Shown: positions 20,849-30,775, counted from the whole stretch's first letter. The stretch is DNA of 62,401 bases, filler included, from an uncultured Gemmatimonadota bacterium (GCA_964490075.1; 3 parts of 3 records of this genome joined end to end with filler, not necessarily neighbours in it); one strand, 5' to 3'. The notes: generated by a model from the sequence alone, not told the origin. Translations and numbers: made by a program.

Positions 20849-20948
20849 NNNNNNNNNNNNNNNNNNNNNNNNNNNNNNNNNNNNNNNNNNNNTTAATTAA
20901 TTAANNNNNNNNNNNNNNNNNNNNNNNNNNNNNNNNNNNNNNNNNNNN
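20849..20948. other. Artificial contig spacer
   Basis: N44-TTAATTAATTAA-N44 (six-frame stop linker). Confidence 0.97.
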
Positions 20949-21257
20949 TGAATGGGGTGCGGCGGCGCCGGCATCGCGGGTATCTGTCGGCTCCAGTGCG
21001 ATGTCGTCGATGACGCCCACGATGACCGCCTGGAGCGGGACGGAATCGCGCCCCAGCAGAATCCGCGCGCCGCCGCCCTCCTTGGAGACCAGCACGCGGT
21101 CGCCCTCACCCGCGTTCACCTGGTCCACGGCCAGAAAGGTGGCTCCCGCGGGGGACTGGTCGAGGTCCAGAGGTTGGACCACGAGCAGCTTGTAGTCGCG
21201 CAACTCGGGGTCCTTCTCGGTTGCCACCACGGTGCCGACCACGTCGCAAATGAGCAT
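20949..21257 (-). CDS. EutN/CcmL microcompartment pentamer (BMC-P); stop lost at the contig end
   Basis: [11 protein letters not shown]...KLLVVQP...[14 protein letters not shown]...VIVGVID. Confidence 0.93.
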
Positions 21258-21266
21258 GCGAGAAGT

Positions 21267-21563
21267 CTACTCCACGTACTTCCGCCAATGCCGCGCCCCC
21301 TGCTGGTCGATTCGATCGACGATGCCGACGATCGCCAGGTCGACCGGCAAGAGCTCGACATCGAAGGGCAGGCTGGCCTCGCGCGAGGAGACCGTGATCA
21401 CCAGCTCGCCGGGACCTGCGCCAACCGAATCGACCGCGGCCTCGGCCGTCCCGATCGGGTTGCGGTCGAAGTCGAGGGGCTGCACGATCCTCATCCCCAG
21501 CCCGATCAGACCGGGGTCTTTCTGGGTGGCCCAGATGGTGCCGATGACTCGTGCGAGGTTCAT
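21267..21563 (-). CDS. EutN/CcmL microcompartment pentamer (BMC-P)
   Basis: MNLARVIGTIWATQK...AVDSVGAGPGELV...PVDLAIVGIVD. Confidence 0.95.
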   Translation of the reverse strand: MNLARVIGTIWATQKDPGLIGLGMRIVQPLDFDRNPIGTAEAAVDSVGAGPGELVITVSSREASLPFDVELLPVDLAIVGIVDRIDQQGARHWRKYVE

Positions 21564-22243
21564 TCGCGGCCGTCCGACATGCGACGCTCGACGCTGGCGA
21601 TCTTGGCCACGCGCTTCTGGTGCCGCCCACCGGCGAACTCGGTGGCCAGGAAGGTGCGGACCAGCTGCTCCGCCAATCCCTCGCCGATGAGCCGAGCGCC
21701 AAGGGTGAGGACGTTGGCGTTGTTGTGCTCGCGGGCATTGCGGCAGCTCGAGAGGTCGTAGGCCAGCGCCGCCCGCACCCCCGGCACCTTGTTGGCGACC
21801 ATGCACGATCCGATGCCGGCGCCGTCGAGCACGATGCCGCGCGCCGCGGCGCCCGCCGCGACCAAGATGGCGACCCGCTCGGCGATGTCGGGGTAGTCGA
21901 CCGGGTCGCTGCTCATGCAGCCGACATCCTGCGGAGCGAAACCGAGATCGCGGATCAGCGCGACCAGTAGGCGCTTCATCTGAAAGCCGCCGTGGTCGGC
22001 GCCGATCGCCACTCGCGAGCCGGGGCGCAGCTCGAGCTCGGGGGGCGCGGGGGCGGGGGAGCCGCGCACGATGCGGATGCGGCGGGCGCGGATCGAATCG
22101 GCGGCCAGCGGCGTGATCAGGGTGTGCTCGCCGAGGCGCAACGAGGCGCCCGGCGGCAGCGCTCGAACCGCGCTCTCGTCGACCAGGCGCAGCGCGCTCC
22201 AGTCGATGGCTTCTTCGGTCCCCTGGTCGGTGGGGCGAAGCAC
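21560..22243 (-). CDS. rpiB: Ribose-5-phosphate isomerase B with an N-terminal extension
   Basis: IGADHGGF, DYPD, GAGIGSCMVANKVPGVRAA, AREHNNANVL, FAGGRHQKRV. GTG 22243 follows GGAGG; alternative start 22270. Confidence 0.9.
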   Translation of the reverse strand: MLRPTDQGTEEAIDWSALRLVDESAVRALPPGASLRLGEHTLITPLAADSIRARRIRIVRGSPAPAPPELELRPGSRVAIGADHGGFQMKRLLVALIRDLGFAPQDVGCMSSDPVDYPDIAERVAILVAAGAAARGIVLDGAGIGSCMVANKVPGVRAALAYDLSSCRNAREHNNANVLTLGARLIGEGLAEQLVRTFLATEFAGGRHQKRVAKIASVERRMSDGRE

Positions 22244-22244
22244 G

Positions 22245-22526
22245 TCAACCTCCCTCGACCGGGGCGACATCGAGGTGGTCGACGATCGCCATGATCACGG
22301 CGTCGACCGGTCGATCGGCGGTGATCGGCGTCTGGCGGGCCGAGCTGCCCCCGGCATAGAGCACCACTTCGCCGACTCCCGCGCCGACCGAGTCGGCAGC
22401 GACGACGAAGCTGGTCTTGGGGCTGTGGTCGAGCTCCAGGTCGCGCACGATCAGGAGCTTCATCCCGACCAGAGAGTCGACCTTGCGGGTCGCCCATACC
22501 GTTCCGGCAACACGTCCGAGCTTCAT
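22245..22526 (-). CDS. EutN/CcmL microcompartment pentamer (BMC-P)
   Basis: [15 protein letters not shown]...[20 protein letters not shown]...[11 protein letters not shown]. Confidence 0.95.
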   Translation of the reverse strand: MKLGRVAGTVWATRKVDSLVGMKLLIVRDLELDHSPKTSFVVAADSVGAGVGEVVLYAGGSSARQTPITADRPVDAVIMAIVDHLDVAPVEGG

Positions 22527-22930
22527 GGCCGCGTCTCTGGGCGGGGCAGGGCACCGGCGGTAAAGCTCTGCGGCAGCAACGCCTTCATGTCGGTGGCGAG
22601 GCGCTCGCCCTGGGGATTGACCAGCAGCACACGGGCCTCGGCTCCGAACTCTGCGATCACCTGGCGGCAGGCTCCGCAGGGGGATGCGGGCGGCGAACAT
22701 TCCGAGGCCACGACGACGGTGCGCAGCCGGCGCGCTCCGGCAGCGACCGCGGCGCCGATCGCCACGCGCTCGGCGCAGACCGTCAGGCCGAACGATGCGT
22801 TCTCTACGTTGACCCCCGCGTAGATCCCACACTCCGTTTCCACGACGGCCCCGACGGGGAACTTGGAGTAGGGCGCGTAGGCGTTGCGCTGCGCGGCCAG
22901 GGCCGCGGCGATGAGCTCATCGTCGTGCAA
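22523..22930 (-). CDS. cdd: Cytidine deaminase (homotetrameric, CAE type)
   Basis: [34 protein letters not shown]. Confidence 0.95.
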   Translation of the reverse strand: MHDDELIAAALAAQRNAYAPYSKFPVGAVVETECGIYAGVNVENASFGLTVCAERVAIGAAVAAGARRLRTVVVASECSPPASPCGACRQVIAEFGAEARVLLVNPQGERLATDMKALLPQSFTAGALPRPETRP

Positions 22931-22997
22931 GGAAGCGGTTCCGGAGCTTTGTGTTCTCGAATCGAAGCGCTGGGCGCGAGGCTATCATGACGATCGT

Positions 22998-25154
22998 CTA
23001 GCCTCCAAGGCGATCCAGTACATCAGCCATGGTCGCGCGTACGCTGAGCACCCGTCTCAGGTAGGTCCGCGTCTCGGCGAACTCGGCCCACTGCGCGAAT
23101 TCGACCGCGTCTCGGCGCGGCGCTCGCGCCTCCCAGCGGGCAACGGCGGCCGGTCCGGCGTTGTAGGCGGCGATGGCCCGCTCTTCGCGGCCGCCGAAGC
23201 GCCGCATGAGGCGGGTGAGATAGGCACAGCCGAGCCGGATGTTGACCGCGGGGGCTTGCAGATCGAGCGCCTCCCCCCCTGTCGCTCCGGCCAGGTTGCG
23301 AGCGGTCGACGGCAAGAGCTGCATCAGCCCCAGGGCACCGGCCGGCGAGTGGGCCGAGGGGTTGCCGGCGCTCTCCACTTCGATCATGGCGCACGCCAGC
23401 AACGGATCGACCGTCCCATCGAGCGCCGCCTCGGCAAGGGGCGCGTAGAGCAGTGGGTGGAGCAGCAGATCCCAGGAGGGATCCCCCGGCTCGAATCCGT
23501 CTCGCTCCAGCCTGGGCCGCACGATCCGCAGGTAGACGTCGACCGCGAGGACGCCGAGCGCGGCGCGCGCCGCTCCGAGCGCCTCGGGCCCGTCGCGGGG
23601 GTGCAGGCGCTCGATGGCCGCGATCTCGGCCCGCGCCCACAGGTCGAGACCGAGTCGACCGAGCGCCCTGGTTCGCTCCAGGGCCACCCTCAGCCGCGGC
23701 CGGGGCGGAGCGTCGCCTGCCAGAACCACGGCCAAGAGCGAGTCCCGTCGCGCCTCGACCCGAGCCATGAGCGCGCGGTTCAGCGCCCTACCCTGGGGCG
23801 CCGAGAAGACCGCGGCGTGGGCGAGGGCGAGAGGCGGAGGCGGTTGCGGCCGCCCCCGAGCCACCCAGGCCCAATAGGCCGCCGCCTGTCGCGTCTGCGC
23901 AGAGGCGCCGGCCGACCCCGCGAGTCGCTCGGCGTCGGCGAGCGCCGCTTGACGATCGTTCGCCTCGAGCTTCAAGAGAATTCGATGCAGCCACGCCTGC
24001 GAGCGCAGGCTGCCACCGGCGCCGCCCGCCAGCAAGCGATCGAGGGTCTCGATCGCGGCGGCTCGCGCACCGCTCTGCTCGCGCAGCCAGGCTGCCGCCC
24101 AGAGTGCGCGCGATCGCCAGCGTGGAAAGCGCTGCGCCAGCTCCTCGTAGACGTCGAGGGCGGAGGCGGTGTCGCCCTCGCTCTTGTAGGAGCGAGCGAT
24201 CGCCAGCACCGCCTTCTCCTCGACCTCCGCCAGCCCGTCCAGCTCTCGCCAGGCCGCGCGGCCTTCCACTGCGCGCCCGCGCGCCAGCAAGAGCTCGGCG
24301 CGCCGCATGCGCAACCTCAGGTCACCCTTCGCCTCGGCCGCCAGGAGCCGCTCGGCGCGCGCGATCGCGTCGCGCAGACTCCCGGTGGCGGCCAACGCCT
24401 CGACCTCGAAGCGACCCCGCTGCACGGGCTCGAGCGCCCGGCGCGCCGCGTCGAGGCGCAGCAGCTCGAGAGAGGCCGGACCAGGATGGCGCCCGCAGAG
24501 CATCCGCAGCGCCTCGGTGGCCGGCGCGGCGCTGCCGAGAGCCGTCCGGGCCCAGAGCTCGGCCCAGGGGCGTACGTCGCCGGACGCGGAACGGACCTGG
24601 GCACGGAGCAGCGGAAGAGCTCTCGCGGAATCGCCCCGGGCCAGCCAGGCGCGGATCGCCCAGGGCCGAATCTCCTCTCGTACCACCGCCGAGCCCGCCC
24701 GGGCCGAGAGCGAATCGAGCTCCGTCGCACTCCCGATCCCTTCCATCGCGCCGGCCAGACGCCGGTAGTCAGCCAGCGGGTGCCGCATGGGCTCCGGGCT
24801 CAGGTCCAGCAGTGCCGCCGCCGACACCCGATCCCGCCGCGCAGCGCAGGCCACGATGCTGCGCTCGCCGACAAGGGCACCGGGCGCCGCAGGTCCGACG
24901 ATCCGCCACACCGCCGCGTCCACCCAGGGTTGTCCCGAAGCCTCCGTCAGGCGGCGTGCCTCCGCGTCCATTCCCAGACGCGCGGCCGCCACGGCCGCGG
25001 TCGCAATGGTCGTCGAGTCCCCATCGGCGGCAGCGGCCAGGAGTCGGATCGGAGAGGCCGCGTCGGGCGCCGGAGGCCGCGCGAGCAACGCGCGCGGCGC
25101 CGCTCCCAGGGCGAAGAGGGCGATCAGCCAGAGTCGAGGGCCCGGACGATTCAG
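22998..25154 (-). CDS. TPR-containing soluble lytic transglycosylase (Slt-like); start approximate
   Basis: C-terminal IEVES, SPAGALGLMQL, AYNAGP, ETRTY; N-terminal signal-like segment and TPR-like helices. Confidence 0.88.
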   Translation of the reverse strand: MNRPGPRLWLIALFALGAAPRALLARPPAPDAASPIRLLAAAADGDSTTIATAAVAAARLGMDAEARRLTEASGQPWVDAAVWRIVGPAAPGALVGERSIVACAARRDRVSAAALLDLSPEPMRHPLADYRRLAGAMEGIGSATELDSLSARAGSAVVREEIRPWAIRAWLARGDSARALPLLRAQVRSASGDVRPWAELWARTALGSAAPATEALRMLCGRHPGPASLELLRLDAARRALEPVQRGRFEVEALAATGSLRDAIARAERLLAAEAKGDLRLRMRRAELLLARGRAVEGRAAWRELDGLAEVEEKAVLAIARSYKSEGDTASALDVYEELAQRFPRWRSRALWAAAWLREQSGARAAAIETLDRLLAGGAGGSLRSQAWLHRILLKLEANDRQAALADAERLAGSAGASAQTRQAAAYWAWVARGRPQPPPPLALAHAAVFSAPQGRALNRALMARVEARRDSLLAVVLAGDAPPRPRLRVALERTRALGRLGLDLWARAEIAAIERLHPRDGPEALGAARAALGVLAVDVYLRIVRPRLERDGFEPGDPSWDLLLHPLLYAPLAEAALDGTVDPLLACAMIEVESAGNPSAHSPAGALGLMQLLPSTARNLAGATGGEALDLQAPAVNIRLGCAYLTRLMRRFGGREERAIAAYNAGPAAVARWEARAPRRDAVEFAQWAEFAETRTYLRRVLSVRATMADVLDRLGG

Positions 25155-26611
25155 AACAAGCTCTCTGTGCCCACGGTCAGTGTGGGGCGAACGCGGCTGG
25201 CGGCGGCCTCGCCCTCGATGTCGGTCGCCTCCAGCGCATAGTCGCCGGTGCCGCGACGATCGAGGAAATAGCAGAATTTGCGCTCGCCCCGGACCACCAT
25301 CTCCCACAATCGGCCGGCACGCGACAGGGCGCCGAAGTCCTCGCGGATGATCTCGGCCGGCTCTCCGTAGATGATGAGAATCCGCCCGCGGTCGGTCCGC
25401 CAACCGGCCCGGTGGGGCTCGGTGAAGCGCTCGTCGGCCAGCTCGTAGCGCCGAAGGTAGTCCGCTCTGAGCGCCTGAATCGGCACGCCGCGCTTTTCGG
25501 CCAGCCGCTTCCACCAACCCTCTATGAAACGCCGCTGGGCCGCTCCCGCGGCCAGCGAGGCGTAGCGATCTCGGTCTCCGGGTGATCCCAGGTAGCGCAG
25601 GAAACGGTCCTCGAAGCTCTCCAGCAGCTGCGCGTCGAGGGTCGAAACATAAGGATCCGGAGCGCTGAGCGCTTCCCCCGTGGCCACGAAGCTAAAAATC
25701 CGCGTCCGGCGCTCCACGAAGGCCCCCGAGGAGTCCAGGAACTCCAGCACCAGCCGGTAGAACCCGGTGTCGAGGCTGGAGATGTTGAACCCGGAGAGAG
25801 TGACGCTGCTTCCCGGCTCCAGCGTATTGACGCCGCCGTCGACGCGCCCGCCCTCGCCGCCCCAGTGATCGACACCGTAGAGATCCTCGATGCCGTAGCG
25901 CAGGTGCAACGCGCGCGGAGCGGTTCCGGAGTTCCAGCTCTCGCAGTAGAAGACCAGCGTGCTGAGCTCCTCCGAGAAGCTGCGGGTGGGATTGGGATAG
26001 AACTCGACCCCCCCCTTCGGGAACTCCGACTCGGCACCGAGCGGAGCGATCTGGTTGGTGATCTGCACCTCTCCGAAGACCAAGCCCTCCACCTTCGACG
26101 CCGGAAGATCGTTCCACCAGTGGGCCTCGGCGGGCGCTGCCGCGGTCCCCCCGTCGCCCAGTCGCACCTTGCATTCGACGCGCTGCGGTGCTCGTGCGAC
26201 GACCAGGGCGACCTGGTTCAAGAGGTAGTAGCCGCCAGCCTGGCCCACGACCTCGCGCGACGTCTCCACCACCCTCTCCGAAGTGCTGCGGCGCGCTCTC
26301 TTCTCGCCTACGCCGCGCACACTCAGATCAAATTCCACCCTGGCCCTGAAAGCGTCCCCCGCCTGGTCGAAGCGCAGCTGGTCGTAGCCGATCCGAAAGT
26401 AGGCCTCGATGCGCATCGAATCGGCCGACACCGGGAACACAGCCGAATCCACGAAGTAGGAGGGCACCCCGTCCGGCGCCGACTGAATCCAGAAATCGGG
26501 CTGCGGGATGTGCGTCGGAGGCCCGGTCTGGGCGCTACTCGCCGGCGCGGCTCCCGCCACACCAGCCGAGAGAATCAGGACCAGCGAGAGACCGAAGGGC
26601 TTCATCTTCAC
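25151..26611 (-). CDS. Secreted GWxTD domain-containing protein
   Basis: Signal peptide, PNPTRSF, and R..LADERF......GWRTDRGRILIIYGEP. Confidence 0.9.
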   Translation of the reverse strand: MKMKPFGLSLVLILSAGVAGAAPASSAQTGPPTHIPQPDFWIQSAPDGVPSYFVDSAVFPVSADSMRIEAYFRIGYDQLRFDQAGDAFRARVEFDLSVRGVGEKRARRSTSERVVETSREVVGQAGGYYLLNQVALVVARAPQRVECKVRLGDGGTAAAPAEAHWWNDLPASKVEGLVFGEVQITNQIAPLGAESEFPKGGVEFYPNPTRSFSEELSTLVFYCESWNSGTAPRALHLRYGIEDLYGVDHWGGEGGRVDGGVNTLEPGSSVTLSGFNISSLDTGFYRLVLEFLDSSGAFVERRTRIFSFVATGEALSAPDPYVSTLDAQLLESFEDRFLRYLGSPGDRDRYASLAAGAAQRRFIEGWWKRLAEKRGVPIQALRADYLRRYELADERFTEPHRAGWRTDRGRILIIYGEPAEIIREDFGALSRAGRLWEMVVRGERKFCYFLDRRGTGDYALEATDIEGEAAASRVRPTLTVGTESLF

Positions 26612-26656
26612 TCCCGTGTCGCGCCTTCGATCGACCGCGGCACGCCGCGGCCTCGT

Positions 26657-27262
26657 CTAGCGCAGCTTGAAGTTGACGGGAACCGCGATCTGCACGCGGA
26701 CCGGGCGATCACGCTGCATCGCGGGGTGGAACTGCCACTGTTTGATGCACTCGAGCGCCGCGGCGTCGAGTCCCGGCACCGAGCCGATCACCTTGGCCTC
26801 GATCACCTTGCCCTGCTCGTCGATTCCGACCAAGAGGCGCACCGTCCCCTCGATTCCAGCGCGTCGGGCCAGCGAGGGATACTTCGGCTTGACCTCTTTC
26901 TTGACCGTTGGGCGAACGTCGTAGGCAACGAAATACACCGGCTCGTCCGGCTCCGGCGGAGGCGTCCAGACCGTATCGATCACGGTCTCTGCGATGGTGA
27001 CGTCTTCGGGAACCTCGTCGCTTTCGGTCTCGATCGGGATCGACGGTCGCGGCGGCGCCTTGATCTGTTGCTGTTGCTGGATCTCGGGCGGGATATCGAA
27101 GGTGACGATCTTCTCGATCGCTTCCGATTCGTAACCGCCTCCGCTTTGCCCTTTGACCACCATGAACAGCAAAGTCGTCAGCAGCACCGCCAGCAGCACC
27201 GACTTCTGATACGTGATCTCACTGAAACGCCTCAGATCGGCTTCCGGCTGCTTGCGGATCAT
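26657..27262 (-). CDS. tonB: TonB-family energy transducer
   Basis: One TM helix, Pro/Glu-rich linker, PKYPSLARRAGIEGTV, LDAAA, WQFHPA. Confidence 0.9.
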   Translation of the reverse strand: MIRKQPEADLRRFSEITYQKSVLLAVLLTTLLFMVVKGQSGGGYESEAIEKIVTFDIPPEIQQQQQIKAPPRPSIPIETESDEVPEDVTIAETVIDTVWTPPPEPDEPVYFVAYDVRPTVKKEVKPKYPSLARRAGIEGTVRLLVGIDEQGKVIEAKVIGSVPGLDAAALECIKQWQFHPAMQRDRPVRVQIAVPVNFKLR

Positions 27263-27672
27263 CGTTCCGTTTTCGTTGCGAGGTTGACCTGGAGCACGTT
27301 GCCACGCTTGAACTCTTCGAAGACGTTTTCGACGAAGCCGTAGCGCGCATCCTTGTCGACCTTGATGTTGGTCACCAGCTCGGGATTGGTGGCCAGCTTG
27401 CCACCCATGACCCGCGACACTTGCGGGAGGTCGACGATCAGATCGTCGATGCACACCCGCCCCTGGCGGTCGACCCAGACCGAGCAGATATTGCGACGCT
27501 TGTCGGGGATCTTCTGGGTCGATTCCGCCCGCGGCAGAACGACGTCGATCCCCTGGAACTTCACGAACACCGTGGAGACCATGAAGAAGATCAAGAGCAG
27601 AAACGCGATGTCGGACATCGACGCGGTCGGGAGATCGGCCACCGGCCGGGCTGACTTCTTGAATTTCGCCAC
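27259..27672 (-). CDS. exbD: ExbD/TolR-family protein
   Basis: SMSDIAFLLLIFFMV TM motif, IKVDKDARYG. Confidence 0.92.
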   Translation of the reverse strand: MAKFKKSARPVADLPTASMSDIAFLLLIFFMVSTVFVKFQGIDVVLPRAESTQKIPDKRRNICSVWVDRQGRVCIDDLIVDLPQVSRVMGGKLATNPELVTNIKVDKDARYGFVENVFEEFKRGNVLQVNLATKTER

Positions 27673-27675
27673 CGC

Positions 27676-28083
27676 TCAGCCCTCCGGAGCCGCCAGCGAA
27701 ATGCGTGTCGCTTTCGCCTTCTTGAGCTCGTCCATCACATCGATCATCGTCTTGTACGGCGCCAAGGGATCGGTCTTCAGGGAGATGATCAACCGTTCGT
27801 TTTCGGCCAGACGCCGCTTGATGTCGTTTTCGATGTTGCCCACCGGCTGCGGCTTGCCTTCGACCGCCACCGCGCCAGCGGAGTTGATCCAGATATGACA
27901 GACGTTCTTCTTCTGAACCTGTGTCTCTTCGGCCTCCGCCGGCAGCACCAGCTTCATGCCCTTGTCTTTGCTGAAGGTGGTGGTGACCAGGAAGAAAAAG
28001 AGCAGGAGAAAGGCGATATCAGCCATCGATCCGGTCGGGATCGAGGCTTCTCCGGCGCCGCGGCGCGTTCTGACCAGCGCCAC
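27676..28083 (-). CDS. exbD: ExbD/TolR-family protein
   Basis: SMADIAFLLLFFFLV, LKTDPLAPY...VMDEL. Confidence 0.92.
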   Translation of the reverse strand: MALVRTRRGAGEASIPTGSMADIAFLLLFFFLVTTTFSKDKGMKLVLPAEAEETQVQKKNVCHIWINSAGAVAVEGKPQPVGNIENDIKRRLAENERLIISLKTDPLAPYKTMIDVMDELKKAKATRISLAAPEG

Positions 28084-28085
28084 GG

Positions 28086-28730
28086 CTAGCTCGCCGAGCC
28101 GGAGCCGATGCCTTCGTCGAGCACCGCGACCAGCGCGGCGGCGGACTCCTGCATGTCGATGACCAGCGTGTTCACCTTGTTGAGGAAGAAGTTGTAGGAG
28201 AGCTGGAAGGGGATCGCCACCACCAGACCACCGAGGGTGGTCAGAAGCGCGATCGAGATCCCGGTGGCGACGATGGTCGGCTCGACCTCACCGGCGGCCG
28301 CGATGTCGTCGAAGGCCCGGATCATGCCCCACACGGTGCCGCAGAAGCCGAGCATCGGGGCGACGTTGATCACGGTCGCCAACCAGATCAGCCGCTTCTC
28401 GAGCAGCGACATCTCGATCGTGCCCGCCTCTTCGATCGCATGCTGCGCCTGGTCGACACCGCCGGAGTAGCGCCCCAGACCGGCTTGGAATATCGACGCC
28501 ACCGGACCGCGGGTCTTGCGGCACAGCTCCTGCGCTCCCTCGACGCCGCGCCCGCGCAGCTCGGCCACCACCTGCTCCAGGAAGTTCTTGGTGTTCACGG
28601 TGGCGAAGCTCAACGAGAAGAAGCGCTCCAGTGTGACCACCAGCCCGATCACGAAGAGCAGGAGGATGGGCCACATGAAGCCACCACCCTGTTGAAACTT
28701 TTCGACGAGATCAAAACCGAAGTTGGGCAT
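28086..28730 (-). CDS. exbB: MotA/TolQ/ExbB proton channel
   Basis: GGGFMWPI, APMLGFCGTVWGMI, GISIALLTTLGGLVVAIP. Confidence 0.93.
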   Translation of the reverse strand: MPNFGFDLVEKFQQGGGFMWPILLLFVIGLVVTLERFFSLSFATVNTKNFLEQVVAELRGRGVEGAQELCRKTRGPVASIFQAGLGRYSGGVDQAQHAIEEAGTIEMSLLEKRLIWLATVINVAPMLGFCGTVWGMIRAFDDIAAAGEVEPTIVATGISIALLTTLGGLVVAIPFQLSYNFFLNKVNTLVIDMQESAAALVAVLDEGIGSGSAS

Positions 28731-28791
28731 TGGGTTCTCCCGCGCCGTGCGGCCGAAGTGCTTGGATACGAACGGGTTATGAGATCGCGGA

Positions 28792-28821
28792 ACCCTATCC
28801 TCTTTGAAAGCGCAGTGTCAA
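28792..28821 (-). promoter_or_regulatory. Putative sigma70 promoter of the exbB operon
   Basis: TTGACA-N18-TAGGGT about 60 nt upstream of exbB. Confidence 0.5.
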
Positions 28822-28822
28822 G

Positions 28823-30775
28823 TCACCTTCTTCGGGCGCGCTCCAGATCGCGCAAGAGCGAGGCAACGGCCGGATCGGCGCTGCCGAGCTCCGCGGCGCG
28901 GCGCAGATGCACTCCTGCCCGCTCGAGATCGTGGGTCGCGACCAGCGCGGCACCGAGGGCGGCGTGGGCCTGCGGATCGGTGGGCGCGGCGGCGACGGCG
29001 TCGCGTGCCAGTCGCTGGGCGCCGGGGAGATCGCCCAGGTGCAACGCCGCGCGAGAGCGCAGCGAGAGCAGCGCCGCGCTCTGGGGCGCGAGCCCCAGCG
29101 CTCGATCGAGCTCGGCCGCGGCCCTCGTTGGATCGTCCGCCGCGAGCAGCGCGGCGGCGTAGCGGCGCGCGGTCTCCGGATGTCGCGGTCGCATGCGCGC
29201 GGCCTCGGACCAGGCATGCAGCGCCTCGGCCGGCCGGCCGCGGGCCGCGAGCACCAGCGCCCGGTTGGCGTTCACCAAGCCGAGACGCAGGGCCCACTGG
29301 GAATCGAGCGGCGGCGCAGGCCGAGGAGACCAGGCCGGCTCGCCGATCAACGGAGGCCCCGCGGGCGCGACGCGGAACACCGGACCCCGCGGCGCCAGCC
29401 AGTTCAGCGGAAAGACCGAACGCGACGCCGGGCTGTAGAAACAGGGGATGCGGTTCTCGCGGACGATTCGGCGGGCCAGGGCGGCGGCGACCTCGAGGTG
29501 ATCGCCGTCCGGTTCGGGGACGAGAAGACCGGGGCGCCGCGCGCGCAGCGCCCGCCGGTACCAGGCGCGCGCCAGGAGCGGCGTGTAGATCGCCACCGGC
29601 GCCCGATCCCGGTCCCGGCACAGGTGCAAGAGCGCGAAGTAGTCGACCGTGGTGTCGGCCAGGAGCACCCCCTGGATCCCGACATGCTCCACGACCTGCG
29701 CGGCATGACGGGCGATCGAGGTGGGGGCGGGGGCTCGGGCGATGCCGCCGGCGGCCGGGATCGCCACCGCCAGGGCGGCGATCGACGCCCCGGGGAGCGC
29801 CCAACGACGCGGCAGCAGCAGCAAGAGCCCGCCCATCTGCGTGGCCAGCAGGAAGCTAGGCACCAGCAGATAGCCCTCCACGTCGATGCCGCCGCCGAGC
29901 TGAAGCGCCGTCCACAGCAAAGCGCCCAGGCCGACCAGCGACCCGCCGGCCCCTGCGCGTCCGAGGCGCGTGGCGTTCGCCGCCAAGCCGACCCCGGCGA
30001 GCAGCGCTCCGCTCCATCGGCCGGCGGCGGCTAGCGACTCGCCCAGAGTGCCGAGCGGCGCCGCCTCAGCGTAGCGGAGATCGCGCAACCCGGACGAGAA
30101 CTCGGCCGCGGTGACGACGTCGACGAAGCCGGACCAGGTCTGAGGATCGCCCCAGTCGAGCGGCGGCTCGAAGACCGAGCGCAGGGGCAGCAGCAAGAAG
30201 GTACTCGCCCCCAGCAGGGCCAGCACCGGCGCACGACCGCGCTGCCAGCCGACCACGGGCACCAGGCAGATCAGGAGCGGATGGACGCCCAGCCCGAGCC
30301 CCAGAGCATAGGCGGAAAGCAGTCGAACCCGGCTCCGGCGCGACCGACCGGCGGCGAACACCACCAAACCGAGGAGTGCGGCCGCCGCATAGACCTCGCC
30401 CACGCTGCCGAACTGAGCCACACCGGGTACAGCCAGCGCCCAGATCACCGCCGCGAGCGCCAGACTCAAGGATCCTCGGCGCCCCCGGCCGTCGCCGGCC
30501 ACGACCAGAAACACGCCGGCGGCGGCCGCCGCCAGCAGCAACGACGAGAGCCGGTTGACACGCAGATCGGCATCGGCCGCAGGTGGGATCGCCGCCGCCG
30601 CGCGCGCGCTGAGCGCGTGCAGCGGCGCGCCGGGAGGATGGATCAGTGAGAGCGTTTGCGCAGCGAGGTTGATCTCGGCGCCGTCGCGCCAGCCGGGACC
30701 CGCCGGCGCCCGCCCACCGAGCCAGACCGCTACCACCACGAAAACCGCCGCCGCGCACACGAGACGCGTGTTCAT
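28823..30775 (-). CDS. DUF2723/TMEM260-like membrane glycosyltransferase with C-terminal TPRs
   Basis: WRDGAE....A.TLSLIHPPGAPL, GEVYA, PPLDWGDPQT, many TM helices, TPR tail. Start ATG 30775. Confidence 0.8.
   Translation of the reverse strand: MNTRLVCAAAVFVVVAVWLGGRAPAGPGWRDGAEINLAAQTLSLIHPPGAPLHALSARAAAAIPPAADADLRVNRLSSLLLAAAAAGVFLVVAGDGRGRRGSLSLALAAVIWALAVPGVAQFGSVGEVYAAAALLGLVVFAAGRSRRSRVRLLSAYALGLGLGVHPLLICLVPVVGWQRGRAPVLALLGASTFLLLPLRSVFEPPLDWGDPQTWSGFVDVVTAAEFSSGLRDLRYAEAAPLGTLGESLAAAGRWSGALLAGVGLAANATRLGRAGAGGSLVGLGALLWTALQLGGGIDVEGYLLVPSFLLATQMGGLLLLLPRRWALPGASIAALAVAIPAAGGIARAPAPTSIARHAAQVVEHVGIQGVLLADTTVDYFALLHLCRDRDRAPVAIYTPLLARAWYRRALRARRPGLLVPEPDGDHLEVAAALARRIVRENRIPCFYSPASRSVFPLNWLAPRGPVFRVAPAGPPLIGEPAWSPRPAPPLDSQWALRLGLVNANRALVLAARGRPAEALHAWSEAARMRPRHPETARRYAAALLAADDPTRAAAELDRALGLAPQSAALLSLRSRAALHLGDLPGAQRLARDAVAAAPTDPQAHAALGAALVATHDLERAGVHLRRAAELGSADPAVASLLRDLERARRR

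Noticed and set aside
20893-20904. TTAATTAATTAA palindrome (also at 41733-41744)
   Set aside because: Synthetic linker inside N runs.
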